A program made the translations under genes and the position numbers. Positions 1-12,039 of a stretch of 64,000 nt of DNA are shown here, one piece after another (positions within the stretch are counted from its first letter, which is position 1; every line of letters starts with the position of its first letter). The DNA comes from Sulfurimonas sp. RIFOXYD12_FULL_33_39 (lineage in GTDB: Bacteria; Campylobacterota; Campylobacteria; Campylobacterales; Sulfurimonadaceae): the NCBI RefSeq assembly GCF_001829785.1, contig NZ_MICF01000010.1; one strand, 5' to 3'. Below the pieces are notes generated by a model, which did no database searches, was not told where the DNA came from, and saw nothing but the letters and a program-made list of their open reading frames with translations.

Positions 1-16
1 AAAGATAGGAAAACTA

Positions 17-1366
17 GTGATTACATTAAAAGAAGCATTAAAATTAAGTAAAGAAGAATTAGCAAAATTTAAAGATGAATTAAAATTAAAAATAGAAGCA
101 GACCCTGAACTTAACGCTTATATAGATGTTAACAGTGTAGGTGATGGTGTACCTATCGCTATAAAAGACAATATTCAAGTAAAAAACTGGTCTGTTACAT
201 CAGGTTCAAACATACTTCAAGGCTACATAGCTCCATATAACGCTACCGTAATTGAAAAGATGATAGCCGCAGGATTAAGCCCGTTTGGCAGAACTAACAT
301 GGATGAATTTGCGATGGGTTCGACAACCGAATCAAGTTTCTACGGTAAAACCCAAAACCCTTATAACAGAGATTGTGTTCCGGGCGGAAGTTCGGGCGGG
401 AGTGCTGCAGCAGTTGCGGCTGGACTTGCTATTGCGGCTCTTGGAAGCGATACGGGTGGAAGTATCCGTCAACCTGCGTCATTTTGCGGTATAGTGGGAA
501 TGAAACCGACTTATGGCAGAGTGAGCCGTTACGGCCTTGGAGCTTACGCATCAAGTCTAGATCAAATAGGACCTATGACACAAAACGTAGAAGATGCCGC
601 AATTTTATATGACATCATAAGCGGACATGACGAGAAAGATTCTACATGTGCGAACAAAAACGACAAAGTAAGTGATAAACTAGATGCTTCAAGAAAGTTA
701 AAAATCGCGATACTTCCAAAACATATAGAAAATGCAAGCGAAGATGTAAAAAAAGCTTACGAATTAGCTATAACTGCTCTTAAAAATGCTGGTCATGAAA
801 TAGTTGAGCGCGAATTAATGGACGCTAAATTTGATATCTCCGCATACTATATTACGGCAACTGCAGAAGCTACAACAAACTTAGCCCGTTATGACGGTAT
901 TCGCTACGGAAACAGAGTAACCGGTAAAAATCTTGAAGACACTTTTATCCAGACTAGAAGCCAAGGTTTCGGTGACGAAGTAAAACGCCGTATTTTACTA
1001 GGCAACTTCGTACTCTCTAGCGGATATTATGAAGCTTACTATGTAAAAGCGCAAAAGACTAGACACATCATAAAAGACCAATATGCGAAAATATTTAAAG
1101 ATGTTGATTTGATACTCTCTCCAGTTGCACCTACAACCGCAAACAAATTTGGAGAACTTTCAAACCCTATGGAGATGTACTTAAGCGACCTCTATACGAT
1201 AAGCATAAACCTTGCAGGACTCCCTGCTCTATCACTTCCGATATCTAAAAGCAGTGAAGGTATGCCAATAGGACTTCAGCTGATTGCTAATGCTTATGAG
1301 GAGCAGACTCTATTTGATGGTGCGCTTAGTTTAGAAAAAGAGATATCTTATGAAAAAAAGTTTTAA
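17..1366 (+). CDS. gatA: Glu-tRNA(Gln)/Asp-tRNA(Asn) amidotransferase subunit A
   Basis: 449-aa ORF with the amidase signature ([24 protein letters not shown]). GTG start. Confidence 0.95.
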   Translation: MITLKEALKLSKEELAKFKDELKLKIEADPELNAYIDVNSVGDGVPIAIKDNIQVKNWSVTSGSNILQGYIAPYNATVIEKMIAAGLSPFGRTNMDEFAMGSTTESSFYGKTQNPYNRDCVPGGSSGGSAAAVAAGLAIAALGSDTGGSIRQPASFCGIVGMKPTYGRVSRYGLGAYASSLDQIGPMTQNVEDAAILYDIISGHDEKDSTCANKNDKVSDKLDASRKLKIAILPKHIENASEDVKKAYELAITALKNAGHEIVERELMDAKFDISAYYITATAEATTNLARYDGIRYGNRVTGKNLEDTFIQTRSQGFGDEVKRRILLGNFVLSSGYYEAYYVKAQKTRHIIKDQYAKIFKDVDLILSPVAPTTANKFGELSNPMEMYLSDLYTISINLAGLPALSLPISKSSEGMPIGLQLIANAYEEQTLFDGALSLEKEISYEKKF

Positions 1367-1631
1367 ACTCTTACATGTCAAATGCGGCGGATGTGCAAAT
1401 AATATAAAACTAACTCTAAAAGATGAGTTTGGAGAGATTGATGTTGATTTGACACAAGAGCCTAGAGTTGTTACGCTTGAGATTAAAGATGAAGAAGCTG
1501 AATTGCTCTTTCGCAAAAAAGTAAAAGCTCTCGGCTACCCTATTGACGATGAGATTTTAGGAACATTTATAAAAAGCGGTCTTAAAGCTAAAAGTTTTAT
1601 ATCTTGCGCGATAGGTTCAATAAAAAGTTAA
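1350..1631 (+). CDS. heavy-metal-associated (HMA/CopZ-like) domain protein
   Basis: 93-aa ORF with an N-terminal CxxC metal-binding motif ([11 protein letters not shown]) and an HMA-like length. The start overlaps the gatA stop. Confidence 0.6.
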   Translation: MKKSFKLLHVKCGGCANNIKLTLKDEFGEIDVDLTQEPRVVTLEIKDEEAELLFRKKVKALGYPIDDEILGTFIKSGLKAKSFISCAIGSIKS

Positions 1632-1660
1632 TCAAAATCTTTATAGCAAAAGAGGTAAAA

Positions 1661-1915
1661 ATGGCTACATTTATTAGTGACGGAAAAAAACTGCTTGATG
1701 TTGAATACGACGATATAGTAGAGATAAACGACATTGTTGATGGTATGAGAGTCATATCTAAAGACGTGCGTGATGGAGAGTATGCCGTTTTTATGCTAGA
1801 GTTAAACGGCAATATCTGCTGTTATGTTTTTGATGAAGTTTTTATTATCGCCAGAGTAAACGGTTTTGAAACTCTTCTTGATGCGATAACTGCTTGGAAG
1901 AGAGATGAAATTTAA
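1661..1915 (+). CDS. hypothetical protein
   Basis: The ORF track gives 1604..1915. The internal ATG at 1661 is preceded by an AAAGAGG ribosome-binding site. No family recognised. Confidence 0.5.
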   Translation: MATFISDGKKLLDVEYDDIVEINDIVDGMRVISKDVRDGEYAVFMLELNGNICCYVFDEVFIIARVNGFETLLDAITAWKRDEI

Positions 1916-1987
1916 CAAAAATACATGTGAAAACCGCTTTACCTCTTTTTAACCACAAAAAAGCTATAATCCACAGAATTTAAATAA

Positions 1988-3457
<1,470 letters not shown>

Positions 3458-3463
3458 TCTTAC

Positions 3464-3970
3464 ATGTCAAAAAATGAAATGGATATTAGAGAGGTAAGAT
3501 ACGCCGGATTTTGGATTCGCTTTATCGCTTCATTTTTAGACACTCTTTTTTTAGCTCTTCCAATAGCCGTTGTTATCTACTTTTTAAGTGATGGCAACTG
3601 GTTTGATATTAGCATCTATCAAGATAACGTTGCTTATGCAATGAGCGGAAATGCCCAAATGGCATTAGCATATCAACCAAAAACTTCTTTACAATGGGAA
3701 CTTCTTTTTGAAATATCGGTTTTGATTATAACCATGCTTTTTTGGAAAAAATGGCGAGGTGCAACTCCGGGCAAAAAATTTGTTCATATAAAGATAGTCG
3801 ATGCAAAAACCTTTCAAGATATTGACAACAAACAAGCAATAACTCGCTCTTTTGGCTATATCGCTTCTACATTCGCATTTCTAATCGGCTTTTTAATGGT
3901 TGCTTTTAGAGATGACAAAAGAGCCCTTCATGATTTATTGGCAAATACTGCCGTAATATACAACGATTAA
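3464..3970 (+). CDS. RDD family membrane protein
   Basis: 168 aa with multiple TM segments and an R-D-D motif (FRDDKRALHD) near the C-terminus. Confidence 0.75.
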   Translation: MSKNEMDIREVRYAGFWIRFIASFLDTLFLALPIAVVIYFLSDGNWFDISIYQDNVAYAMSGNAQMALAYQPKTSLQWELLFEISVLIITMLFWKKWRGATPGKKFVHIKIVDAKTFQDIDNKQAITRSFGYIASTFAFLIGFLMVAFRDDKRALHDLLANTAVIYND

Positions 3971-4060
3971 TAATACAAAAACATTATTGACTTTATTTAC
4001 AAAAAATAGTAAAATTTATTAAAATTATAATTAATAATAATAGTAGTAAAAAGGGTCAAA

Positions 4061-5023
4061 ATGGAGATATCAGAAGAAAATAATAGATTAAAGTTTTTTC
4101 CGATTATGATGTATGCAGTTGTAATGGGACTAGGCGGACTTACAATTACTTATCAAAAAGCCTCTTTATGGTTAAACTTTCCTCATATAATCGGGGAAGT
4201 TTTGATGTATTTGACAACAATCATATTTATATTTATCTCTTACATGTACATAAAAAAGTTCATTAAATATAAGATAGCTGTTAAAAATGAGTTTTCTCAC
4301 CCTGTGAGGATAAACTTTTTTGCAGCTATATCTATCTCTATGCTGATGTTATCTATAATCTACAAAGAGAGCTTCCCTATTATAAGTGCTACATTTTGGT
4401 ATCCTGGAACACTGCTTCATTTTTATCTTACAATGCATACTATCTCATTTTGGATAAATCAAAATCAACAACTAGACCACTCAAATCCTGCATGGTTCAT
4501 ACCAATAGTCGGTAACGTGTTAGTGCCTGTGGGCGGTATAGGTTTTTCAAGCTTAGGTGTTCTTACATACTTTTTTAGCGTTGGGATATTTTTTTGGATT
4601 ATTCTATTTTCGGTTATTATTAATAGAATTATTTTTCACAATCAAATGGCAGTTAAATTTATGCCCACACTTTTTATTCTTATCGCTCCTCCTGCCGTGG
4701 GCTTTATAGCTTATTTTAAAATGTTTGGAGTAATAGATACCTTTGCAATAATACTATTTAATTTAGCTCTATTTTTTACTCTTTTGGTCACTTTCATGTA
4801 CAAAAACTTCATAAAAATAAAGTTTTTTATCTCGTGGTGGGCATTTGTGTTTCCGTTAGCGGCAATGTCAATCAGCACCATGCTTATGTATAAACAGAGT
4901 AACGATATATTTTTACTTATTTTCTCATATATCATGATAGCTACCGTGACTATTATCGTATCTATTGTCGCTTATCAGACAATACTACATATAAAAAAAG
5001 AAGAAATTTGTATTCAGGAATAA
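4061..5023 (+). CDS. TehA/SLAC1-family anion channel or transporter
   Basis: 320 aa with about 10 TM helices. Sequence pattern resembles C4-dicarboxylate transporter/malic acid transport (TehA-like) proteins. Confidence 0.7.
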   Translation: MEISEENNRLKFFPIMMYAVVMGLGGLTITYQKASLWLNFPHIIGEVLMYLTTIIFIFISYMYIKKFIKYKIAVKNEFSHPVRINFFAAISISMLMLSIIYKESFPIISATFWYPGTLLHFYLTMHTISFWINQNQQLDHSNPAWFIPIVGNVLVPVGGIGFSSLGVLTYFFSVGIFFWIILFSVIINRIIFHNQMAVKFMPTLFILIAPPAVGFIAYFKMFGVIDTFAIILFNLALFFTLLVTFMYKNFIKIKFFISWWAFVFPLAAMSISTMLMYKQSNDIFLLIFSYIMIATVTIIVSIVAYQTILHIKKEEICIQE

Positions 5024-5027
5024 AAGA

Positions 5028-5414
5028 GTGAAAAAAACAGTTTTTATGGAAAAGTATCCGGTATTTAGTTTAGAGTTATTAAAAGATGAGATTAGTGTCT
5101 CAAATGCAAAAGAGGCTGTTGAGTATTTTAAGCAAAAAATTGAAGCGCACCCTATTGCTAAGTTTATAGCAGTTTTTGATCACTACTCTCATACAAAAAG
5201 TTTAAACGGTCCAATTATGGAAGGTTTAATAGATGCTCAAAATGTAGTGTTTTGTTTCGGACAGGCAATTCCAAACACGAAAATTTTGGCCGTTAGACCA
5301 AGAAGCATTGGTATCTGCGAATTTGAAGATAAAATTGTAATTGACTTTATGGAAGCACCAAAAGAAGAACTTCATGCCGTAATGCAAAACTGGGCAAAGA
5401 GTTTAAAAATATAA
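5028..5414 (+). CDS. hypothetical protein
   Basis: 128-aa ORF with GTG at 5028 and an alternative ATG at 5046. No recognisable motif. Confidence 0.5.
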   Translation: MKKTVFMEKYPVFSLELLKDEISVSNAKEAVEYFKQKIEAHPIAKFIAVFDHYSHTKSLNGPIMEGLIDAQNVVFCFGQAIPNTKILAVRPRSIGICEFEDKIVIDFMEAPKEELHAVMQNWAKSLKI

Positions 5415-5482
5415 ATTAAACTTATTTATAAACCATCTTTTTGCTAAAATGTTATAAAAATTATTAATATGAGGTAACATAA

Positions 5483-6748
5483 ATGGATTTACAAACTAAA
5501 GCACTACATGTAGGCTATGACAAAGATTCAAGTGGAGCAATGGCGGTTCCTATTTATCAAACAACGGCTTATGAATTTAGAGATGCCCAACATGCAGCAA
5601 ATCTATTTGCCCTAAAAGAGCTCGGCTTTATTTATACACGTTTAAATAATCCAACTACAGACGTATTTGAAAAAAGATTTGCATCTCTTGAGGGAGGTGC
5701 GGCGGCAATTGCTACTTCAAGCGGTATGAGTGCTATATTTTACGCTATTGCAAACGCTGCTGCTGCTGGCGATAATATACTATGTGCCAAACAGTTATAC
5801 GGCGGTAGTTTAACTCTAAATACTCACACACTCAAAAGATTCGGTATTGAAGCTAGATATTTTGATGTTCATGATATGAACGCACTAGAGAGTTTGATAG
5901 ACGATAAAACAAAAGTTATATTTTTTGAATCTTTAACAAACCCAAGCATAGATGTAGCAGATATAGAAGCAATTACAAAAATTGCAAATAAACACGGTAT
6001 CTTAACAGTGGTTGATAACACGGTGGCTACTCCTGCAATATGTCGTCCTTTTGAATTTGGGGCAGATGTAACGGTTCACAGTGCTAGTAAATATACTACC
6101 GGTCAGGGTTTGGCAATAGGCGGTATTTTAGTAGAGAGAAATGATTTAGTTGAAAAACTTCGTGCAAATCCTCGCTACGCACATTTCAATGAACCTGATG
6201 TATCTTACCATGGTTTAGTTTATGTAGATGTGCCTTTGCCTCCGTTTACTCTTCGTACACGTCTTTCACTACTTCGCGACTTGGGTGCTGTTGTGTCTCC
6301 ATTTAATTCATGGCTTTTTATACAAGGGATAGAGACTCTCTCTCTTCGCATGAGAGAGCACTCAAAAAATGCATTAGCTCTTGCAGAGTTTTTAGAATCC
6401 CATCCTAGTGTTAAAAAAGTAAACTATCCTGGGTTAAAAAGCAATATAAACTATAAAAATGCTCAAAAATATTTTGAAGACGGCTTATGCAGCGGACTAC
6501 TTAGTTTTGAAGTAGGAAGTTTAGAAGAAGCGGTAAAAATAGTAAATGCGACTAAGATTTACTCTCTTGTAGTAAATATAGGAGATTCAAAATCAATCAT
6601 AACACATCCAGCTTCAACGACTCATCAGCAGTTAAATGAAGATGAATTAAAAGCATGCGGTGTACCTTCAGGTCTTATCAGAATATCTTGCGGTCTCGAA
6701 AGCGCAAAAGATCTGATAGAGGATATGAAGCAGGCATTAGAATCATAA
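5483..6748 (+). CDS. metY: O-acetylhomoserine sulfhydrylase (PLP-dependent)
   Basis: 421 aa of the Cys/Met-metabolism PLP enzyme family (SASKYTTGQG lysine region, ITHPASTTH). Confidence 0.9.
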   Translation: MDLQTKALHVGYDKDSSGAMAVPIYQTTAYEFRDAQHAANLFALKELGFIYTRLNNPTTDVFEKRFASLEGGAAAIATSSGMSAIFYAIANAAAAGDNILCAKQLYGGSLTLNTHTLKRFGIEARYFDVHDMNALESLIDDKTKVIFFESLTNPSIDVADIEAITKIANKHGILTVVDNTVATPAICRPFEFGADVTVHSASKYTTGQGLAIGGILVERNDLVEKLRANPRYAHFNEPDVSYHGLVYVDVPLPPFTLRTRLSLLRDLGAVVSPFNSWLFIQGIETLSLRMREHSKNALALAEFLESHPSVKKVNYPGLKSNINYKNAQKYFEDGLCSGLLSFEVGSLEEAVKIVNATKIYSLVVNIGDSKSIITHPASTTHQQLNEDELKACGVPSGLIRISCGLESAKDLIEDMKQALES

Positions 6749-6796
6749 TTTAAGCTTAATTATTTTACAATAAAATTAAAATATAAGGTTTATTTT

Positions 6797-7135
6797 ATGA
6801 AAAACAAACTTCTAATCGTATGGTCAAGCTCTGAAGAAGAGGTAGCAAAAAAACTTATACTTCTGTACGGCTCGGTAATGCTGCCGCGAGGCTACTGGGA
6901 CGAAGCGACTATCATGGTTTGGGGGCCTTCGGCAAAGCTATTAGCCGAAAATATAGAACTTCAGGATAAAGTAAGAACGGTCATGAGTACCGGCGTAAAG
7001 TTCAATGTATGCGTTGTTTGCAGTGATGATTACGGTGTATCTGAACAATTAAGCGCACTTGGAGTTGAACCGATTCACACAGGCGAGATGCTCACAAATG
7101 CTCTTCAAAGCGACTATAAAGTTATTACTTTTTAG
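6797..7135 (+). CDS. DsrE/DsrF-like family protein
   Basis: 112 aa. Size and pattern (LLIVWSS..., CVVCSDDYG) resemble DsrE-fold sulfur-relay-like proteins. Confidence 0.55.
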   Translation: MKNKLLIVWSSSEEEVAKKLILLYGSVMLPRGYWDEATIMVWGPSAKLLAENIELQDKVRTVMSTGVKFNVCVVCSDDYGVSEQLSALGVEPIHTGEMLTNALQSDYKVITF

Positions 7136-7954
7136 ATGCAATATCTACTATTTTTTTTACTGCCCTTTAGTTTTGCATTTGGCGAAACGGTGTTAAAGTG
7201 TGTCGGTTCTACGACCATACAGCCTATTATTGAAAAAGTTGCCAAAAAGTATAAACAAGAGAGCGGTATTACGCTAAATATATCCGGCGGCGGAAGTCAA
7301 CATGCAGTTGACTATCTCATATCAAATAAAATAGAAATTGGCATGGTAAGCAGAGATTTAACTAACCAAGAAAAAAATGCTCTCTCCTATATAACAATTG
7401 GCTACGACACTTTGGCTTTTTTAGTCAACAGCGACAATCCACTCCAAAATATATCAAAAAAAGATTTGATAGAGATATATACGGCAGAGGTTAAAAACTG
7501 GAAAAAATTTAACACTAAAGATGAAAAAATTCATCTACTCTCAAAAAGAATAGACCGTGGAACACTCAATATCTTTGAACACTATACTGGGCTTTTTCAT
7601 CCACAAAATCCAAAAAACAGCGATAAATCAAAGATGATAGACACCTCGGCGTGGGAGGCCGGAGCAAATAACGACATGATGGTTTGGGTAGCCGGAATTC
7701 CAAATAGTATCGGCTATATATCTTTAGGATCTGTTAATGCTATAAAAAAACATGGTCTGCCTATAAAAATTTTGGAACTTGATGGGGTAAAACCATCAAG
7801 AGAGAATATCCAAAATCAAAGTTATCCTATTAAAAGAGAGCTGAATTTAGTTTTTTTAAAAAGCAATAAACAAGCAGCAAAGTTCGCTGAATGGATGCTT
7901 GAAGAGTATGCTCAAAATAGTGTTGAAGAAAATCTTTTTTTAAGAGCAAAATAG
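7136..7954 (+). CDS. PstS-like periplasmic substrate-binding protein
   Basis: 272 aa with a signal peptide and PBP-like motifs (GSTTIQP, GGGSQHAV, VSRDL). Confidence 0.7.
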   Translation: MQYLLFFLLPFSFAFGETVLKCVGSTTIQPIIEKVAKKYKQESGITLNISGGGSQHAVDYLISNKIEIGMVSRDLTNQEKNALSYITIGYDTLAFLVNSDNPLQNISKKDLIEIYTAEVKNWKKFNTKDEKIHLLSKRIDRGTLNIFEHYTGLFHPQNPKNSDKSKMIDTSAWEAGANNDMMVWVAGIPNSIGYISLGSVNAIKKHGLPIKILELDGVKPSRENIQNQSYPIKRELNLVFLKSNKQAAKFAEWMLEEYAQNSVEENLFLRAK

Positions 7955-10900
7955 TGAAAACATCTTTAAGCAAAAAAATTGTAATCTCAAATCTATTTGT
8001 ATTGGTTGTCTCTTTTACAGCTCTCTTTGTTGCCTACAATTTTGAAAATAAGGTAAGCAAAGATATTTTACTGCATAGAAATCAGGTAAATAAATTTGAC
8101 AAAGAGGTAATCCTAGTCGCATCATATCTTTATAGAAGTGCTCACATGAATGATGATAAATATTTAGCAGCAGCGGCAATCTCTTCAAAAAAAGCTATAT
8201 ATACACTTGATTATTTAATTCATCACGAATTTCAAACCCAAGAGTTAAAAGCAGTTTATATAGATTTTTTTAAAAATGCCGTCATTTCGACATCACTTTC
8301 ACTTGAAAAAAGATTAAATGATGCACAGGAGATTGATACGATATCGTTTGAAAAATATACATTACTTCAAAAAATGATAGCAGAGTTGCTGGCTAATTTA
8401 GATGATAGTGAAAATGAATTGGAAAAAGAGGTTATATTAATTCTTTTAGTTTTTAGCTTGATTTTTATTTTTCTTATATTTGGAAATATCCTATATATTA
8501 TAAAATCCTATAGACATATTCAAGAAACTGAATCAAAGATAGCGCTAAAAGAGCATGAATCCGTTACACAGCGTGCAACCATGATAGATGCCATAGGAGA
8601 CGGTGTTTACGGTGTTGACAAAAATGGAATGTGTACTTTTGTAAATCAAAGCGCCGTTAATCTACTCGGGTTTACAAAAGAGGAAATTCTAAGCACCCAT
8701 CAACATGATCTTTTTCATCACCATAAACTAGACAACAGTGTTTACTCGCATGAAGAGTGTCCCATCTATTTAACCATAAAAGATAGGCAAATCAAAGAGC
8801 TTGAAGAAAATTTTATAAAAAAAGACGGCACTTTTTTTGCCGTCAATCTAACGGTAGCTCCGACAATCGATGGGGGAGCCATTGTCGTATTTAGAGATAT
8901 TACAGAAAAGAAAATAATTTTACACGCTCTTGAGCAAGAGAGAGAACTTTTTTCAAGCGGTCCTGTAATGACTTTAGAATGGGAAGCATCACAAAACTGG
9001 CCTATTAAATATATTTCTTCAAACTGCTTAGACATTCTTGGTTATTCAAAAGATGAGATGCAAAGTGAGAAATTTTTATATGCAGACCTTATCCATCCCG
9101 AGGACATAGATAGAATTTCTAAAGAAGTTACCTACAACACACAAAATAATATAAACAACTTCGAGCAATCGTACCGCTTAAGATTAATAAACGGCGACTA
9201 TAGATGGTTCTATGATTTTACACATTTTGTAAGAGACGAAAAAAATAGTCTGTCCTCTATAAGAGGCTATATGTTTGATCAAACAGGACTCAAAGAGGCA
9301 GAACTTGCCATAAAAGAGGCTAAAGAAAAGGCAGAACTTGCCAATAAAGCCAAAAGTCAATTTTTGGCAAATATGAGTCATGAGATAAGAACGCCCATGA
9401 ACGCCATAATAGGCTTGAGCGAGTTGCTATTTGATACAAAACTTGACGATAGACAAAAAAATCTTCTCCTTAAAGTTAACAGCTCATCAAAAATACTTTT
9501 AGGAACCATAAACGATGTACTTGATTACTCTAAAATAGAAGCCGGAAAACTTGAGCTAGAGCATAAAAATTTTAGATTAGAAGATGTTATGGAACAACTT
9601 AAATTTATGTTTTTAGAGAGTGCTATAAAAAAATCTCTTAGTACTCATTGTGAAATAAAAGATGATGTACCTATTCTAGTTGTAGGGGATGAACTTAGAA
9701 TTACACAGGTTCTCTCCAATCTTATAAGCAATGCAATCAAATTTACTCATGAGGGAGAAGTATCGCTTGATATAAAACTCAAAGAAAAACTTGATGACAA
9801 AAGAGCTGTCATCTCCTTTTGCGTAAGTGATACGGGAATCGGCATCAATGAAGAACAGCTCAAAAAACTTTTTACTCCTTTCACGCAAGCAGATACATCT
9901 ACTACTCGAAAATACGGTGGAACAGGGCTTGGACTAACCATATCTAAAAAGATTATAGAAACCATGCATGGCGAATTAAGCGCTAAGAGTCAAGAGGGTG
10001 CAGGAAGCACATTTAGCTTTGACTTAGAATTTGAAGTAGCATTTTGGGAGAAGCTTGATTTTGATACAATTACACAAAAAGAGATAAAAAAACTTCCAAA
10101 TTTCGGTGGTATTAAAGCACTGCTTGTTGAAGACAATCTTATAAATCAAGAAGTGGCATCTATGATGCTAAAGCGTGTAGCAATAGAGGTTGACATAGCA
10201 AATAACGGGCAAGAAGCCGTTGAGAAATATTTTGAAAATCCTTCTTGTTATGACTTGATTCTCATGGATTTGCAAATGCCTGTCATGAGCGGTTATAAAG
10301 CGGCAAAGCTCATTAGAGAGCATGACAAAAAGATACCTATCATAGCACTTACGGCGGCAGCTATGATAGAAGATAAACAAAAAGCAACGGACGCAGGCAT
10401 GAATGACCATTTAAGCAAACCAATAGATATGAGTAAACTTTACAAGACGATTGCAAAATTTTGCAAAGTTGATTTTGCAATGCAAGGAATTGCACAAATA
10501 CCAAGAAACAGAGCTGAAATTCTTGATATAGAATATTTGGAAAAAAATTTCAGCTCAGAAGAGTTAATAAATAAACTCCTAAAAAAGTTCTTACAAGAGA
10601 TTAGAAGTGAATTTAAAGATGTAGCACTTCTTCTATCAAAAGAAGACGGCAGAGCTCCATCTCTTATTCATACACTTAAAGGTTTAAGCGGTAACTTAAG
10701 AGCAAATCTGCTCTATGAAATCTGCAAAAATATAGATACAAAATATAAAAAAGGACAAAAAATAACAAAAGGTGACATGGAACAATTAAACGTTGCCTTG
10801 CAGAGTACTATAGAGAGAATTCAAGAAATTCTTTTGAACAAGCAGAGCGATGCCTTATTTGAAAAACTACCTTATGAGGAGACAAAAAAACTCTTTTATG

Positions 10901-11073
10901 ACATCAAACAAAGAATTTCAAAATCAAATATGATAGAATCCAAAAAAATAAATTCTCTTTTGAAAAATTTGAGCACACTAGTGAATGCAAGTGAATTGAC
11001 AAAGTGGGAAAAAGAGATAGAAGCATTTGAATATGATAAAGCATTGGAGATTATGAGTAGATGGAAATTCTAA
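7954..11073 (+). CDS. hybrid sensor histidine kinase (TM-PAS-PAS-HisKA-HATPase-REC-HPt)
   Basis: 1039 aa with the H-box SHEIRTPMNAI, the G-box GGTGLGLTISK, a receiver domain (LLVEDNLINQ...LMDLQMP...K) and an HPt motif (HTLKGLSGNL). Confidence 0.9.
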   Translation: MKTSLSKKIVISNLFVLVVSFTALFVAYNFENKVSKDILLHRNQVNKFDKEVILVASYLYRSAHMNDDKYLAAAAISSKKAIYTLDYLIHHEFQTQELKAVYIDFFKNAVISTSLSLEKRLNDAQEIDTISFEKYTLLQKMIAELLANLDDSENELEKEVILILLVFSLIFIFLIFGNILYIIKSYRHIQETESKIALKEHESVTQRATMIDAIGDGVYGVDKNGMCTFVNQSAVNLLGFTKEEILSTHQHDLFHHHKLDNSVYSHEECPIYLTIKDRQIKELEENFIKKDGTFFAVNLTVAPTIDGGAIVVFRDITEKKIILHALEQERELFSSGPVMTLEWEASQNWPIKYISSNCLDILGYSKDEMQSEKFLYADLIHPEDIDRISKEVTYNTQNNINNFEQSYRLRLINGDYRWFYDFTHFVRDEKNSLSSIRGYMFDQTGLKEAELAIKEAKEKAELANKAKSQFLANMSHEIRTPMNAIIGLSELLFDTKLDDRQKNLLLKVNSSSKILLGTINDVLDYSKIEAGKLELEHKNFRLEDVMEQLKFMFLESAIKKSLSTHCEIKDDVPILVVGDELRITQVLSNLISNAIKFTHEGEVSLDIKLKEKLDDKRAVISFCVSDTGIGINEEQLKKLFTPFTQADTSTTRKYGGTGLGLTISKKIIETMHGELSAKSQEGAGSTFSFDLEFEVAFWEKLDFDTITQKEIKKLPNFGGIKALLVEDNLINQEVASMMLKRVAIEVDIANNGQEAVEKYFENPSCYDLILMDLQMPVMSGYKAAKLIREHDKKIPIIALTAAAMIEDKQKATDAGMNDHLSKPIDMSKLYKTIAKFCKVDFAMQGIAQIPRNRAEILDIEYLEKNFSSEELINKLLKKFLQEIRSEFKDVALLLSKEDGRAPSLIHTLKGLSGNLRANLLYEICKNIDTKYKKGQKITKGDMEQLNVALQSTIERIQEILLNKQSDALFEKLPYEETKKLFYDIKQRISKSNMIESKKINSLLKNLSTLVNASELTKWEKEIEAFEYDKALEIMSRWKF

Positions 11074-11975
11074 AAAGCAAAAGAGCAAGTGTCTTAATCG
11101 TAGATGATATGATTGCCAACATAGAGTTATTATCTAACCTGCTAAAAGATGAATATGATATAAAAATAGCAAAAAATGCCAAAAAAACACTTGAAATATG
11201 TCAAGGATATGAAAAACCGGATCTTATTCTTCTTGATGTTATTATGCCAGATATGGATGGATATGAAGTTTGTAAAATTCTTAAAAGTAATATGGCGACA
11301 CAAGATATTCCTATTATTTTTGTAACAAGCAATGATTCAGAGAGAGACGAAGAGTATGGGCTTAATCTTGGAGCAGTCGATTACATAAAAAAACCTTTTA
11401 ATCCGTCTGTTGTAAAAATAAGAGTAAAAAATCATATAAGCTTGAAACTAAAAAGCAACATGCTTGAGGAGCTCTCCATGTGTGATGCACTTACACATAT
11501 ACCAAATAGAAGATACTTCAATGAAAAATTTGAAATCAAATATAGAGAGTCCATCAGAGATAAAATGTCATTTGCTCTCATGATGATAGATATAGACTTC
11601 TTCAAACTCTATAACGACAAGTATGGGCATGGAAAGGGAGACAGCGCTCTTACTAAAGTAGCCCTAACACTGCAAAAAAACCTTAAAAGACCATTCGATA
11701 TGGTCGCTAGGTATGGCGGAGAAGAGTTTGTAATCATCTTAAAAAATATAGATAAAGATGGTCTTAAAAAAGTTACACAATCTCTTATTGACTCAGTTCA
11801 AAAACTAAAAATTCCACATGAATACTCAAGCGTGAGTGATTATTTATCTATAAGTATCGGTCTCTCTTTCAAAGATATTGAAGAAAACAAACCAAAAAAT
11901 CAACTTCTAAAAGAGGCGGATGATATGCTATATGAAGCAAAAAAAGCAGGAAAAAACAGATATGTCTTGCGTTAA
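11061..11975 (+). CDS. response regulator-diguanylate cyclase (REC-GGDEF)
   Basis: 304 aa with a receiver domain (VLIVDDM...LLDVIMPDMDG), an active GGEEF motif and an RxxD I-site (RPFD) five residues upstream. Overlaps the kinase gene by 13 nt. Confidence 0.9.
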   Translation: MEILKSKRASVLIVDDMIANIELLSNLLKDEYDIKIAKNAKKTLEICQGYEKPDLILLDVIMPDMDGYEVCKILKSNMATQDIPIIFVTSNDSERDEEYGLNLGAVDYIKKPFNPSVVKIRVKNHISLKLKSNMLEELSMCDALTHIPNRRYFNEKFEIKYRESIRDKMSFALMMIDIDFFKLYNDKYGHGKGDSALTKVALTLQKNLKRPFDMVARYGGEEFVIILKNIDKDGLKKVTQSLIDSVQKLKIPHEYSSVSDYLSISIGLSFKDIEENKPKNQLLKEADDMLYEAKKAGKNRYVLR

Positions 11976-11978
11976 AAC

Positions 11979-11998
11979 ATCTCTGCTTAAGAGATTTT
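11979..11998 (+). terminator. weak rho-independent terminator candidate
   Basis: ATCTCT / AGAGAT stem with a 5-nt loop followed by TTT, 4 nt after the stop codon. Confidence 0.3.
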
Positions 11999-12039
11999 CG
12001 CTAAAATAGCACTACTATTTTCAACAAAGAGCCTAAAAT

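Noticed and set aside
285-612. Short overlapping ORFs inside gatA, and analogous nested ORFs inside guaB, the kinase, metX, murC, mutS2, hsdM, hsdR, pgaB, trpB and others.
   Set aside because: All are nested in, or antisense to, well-supported conserved genes. They have no motifs and have biased composition typical of off-frame translation.
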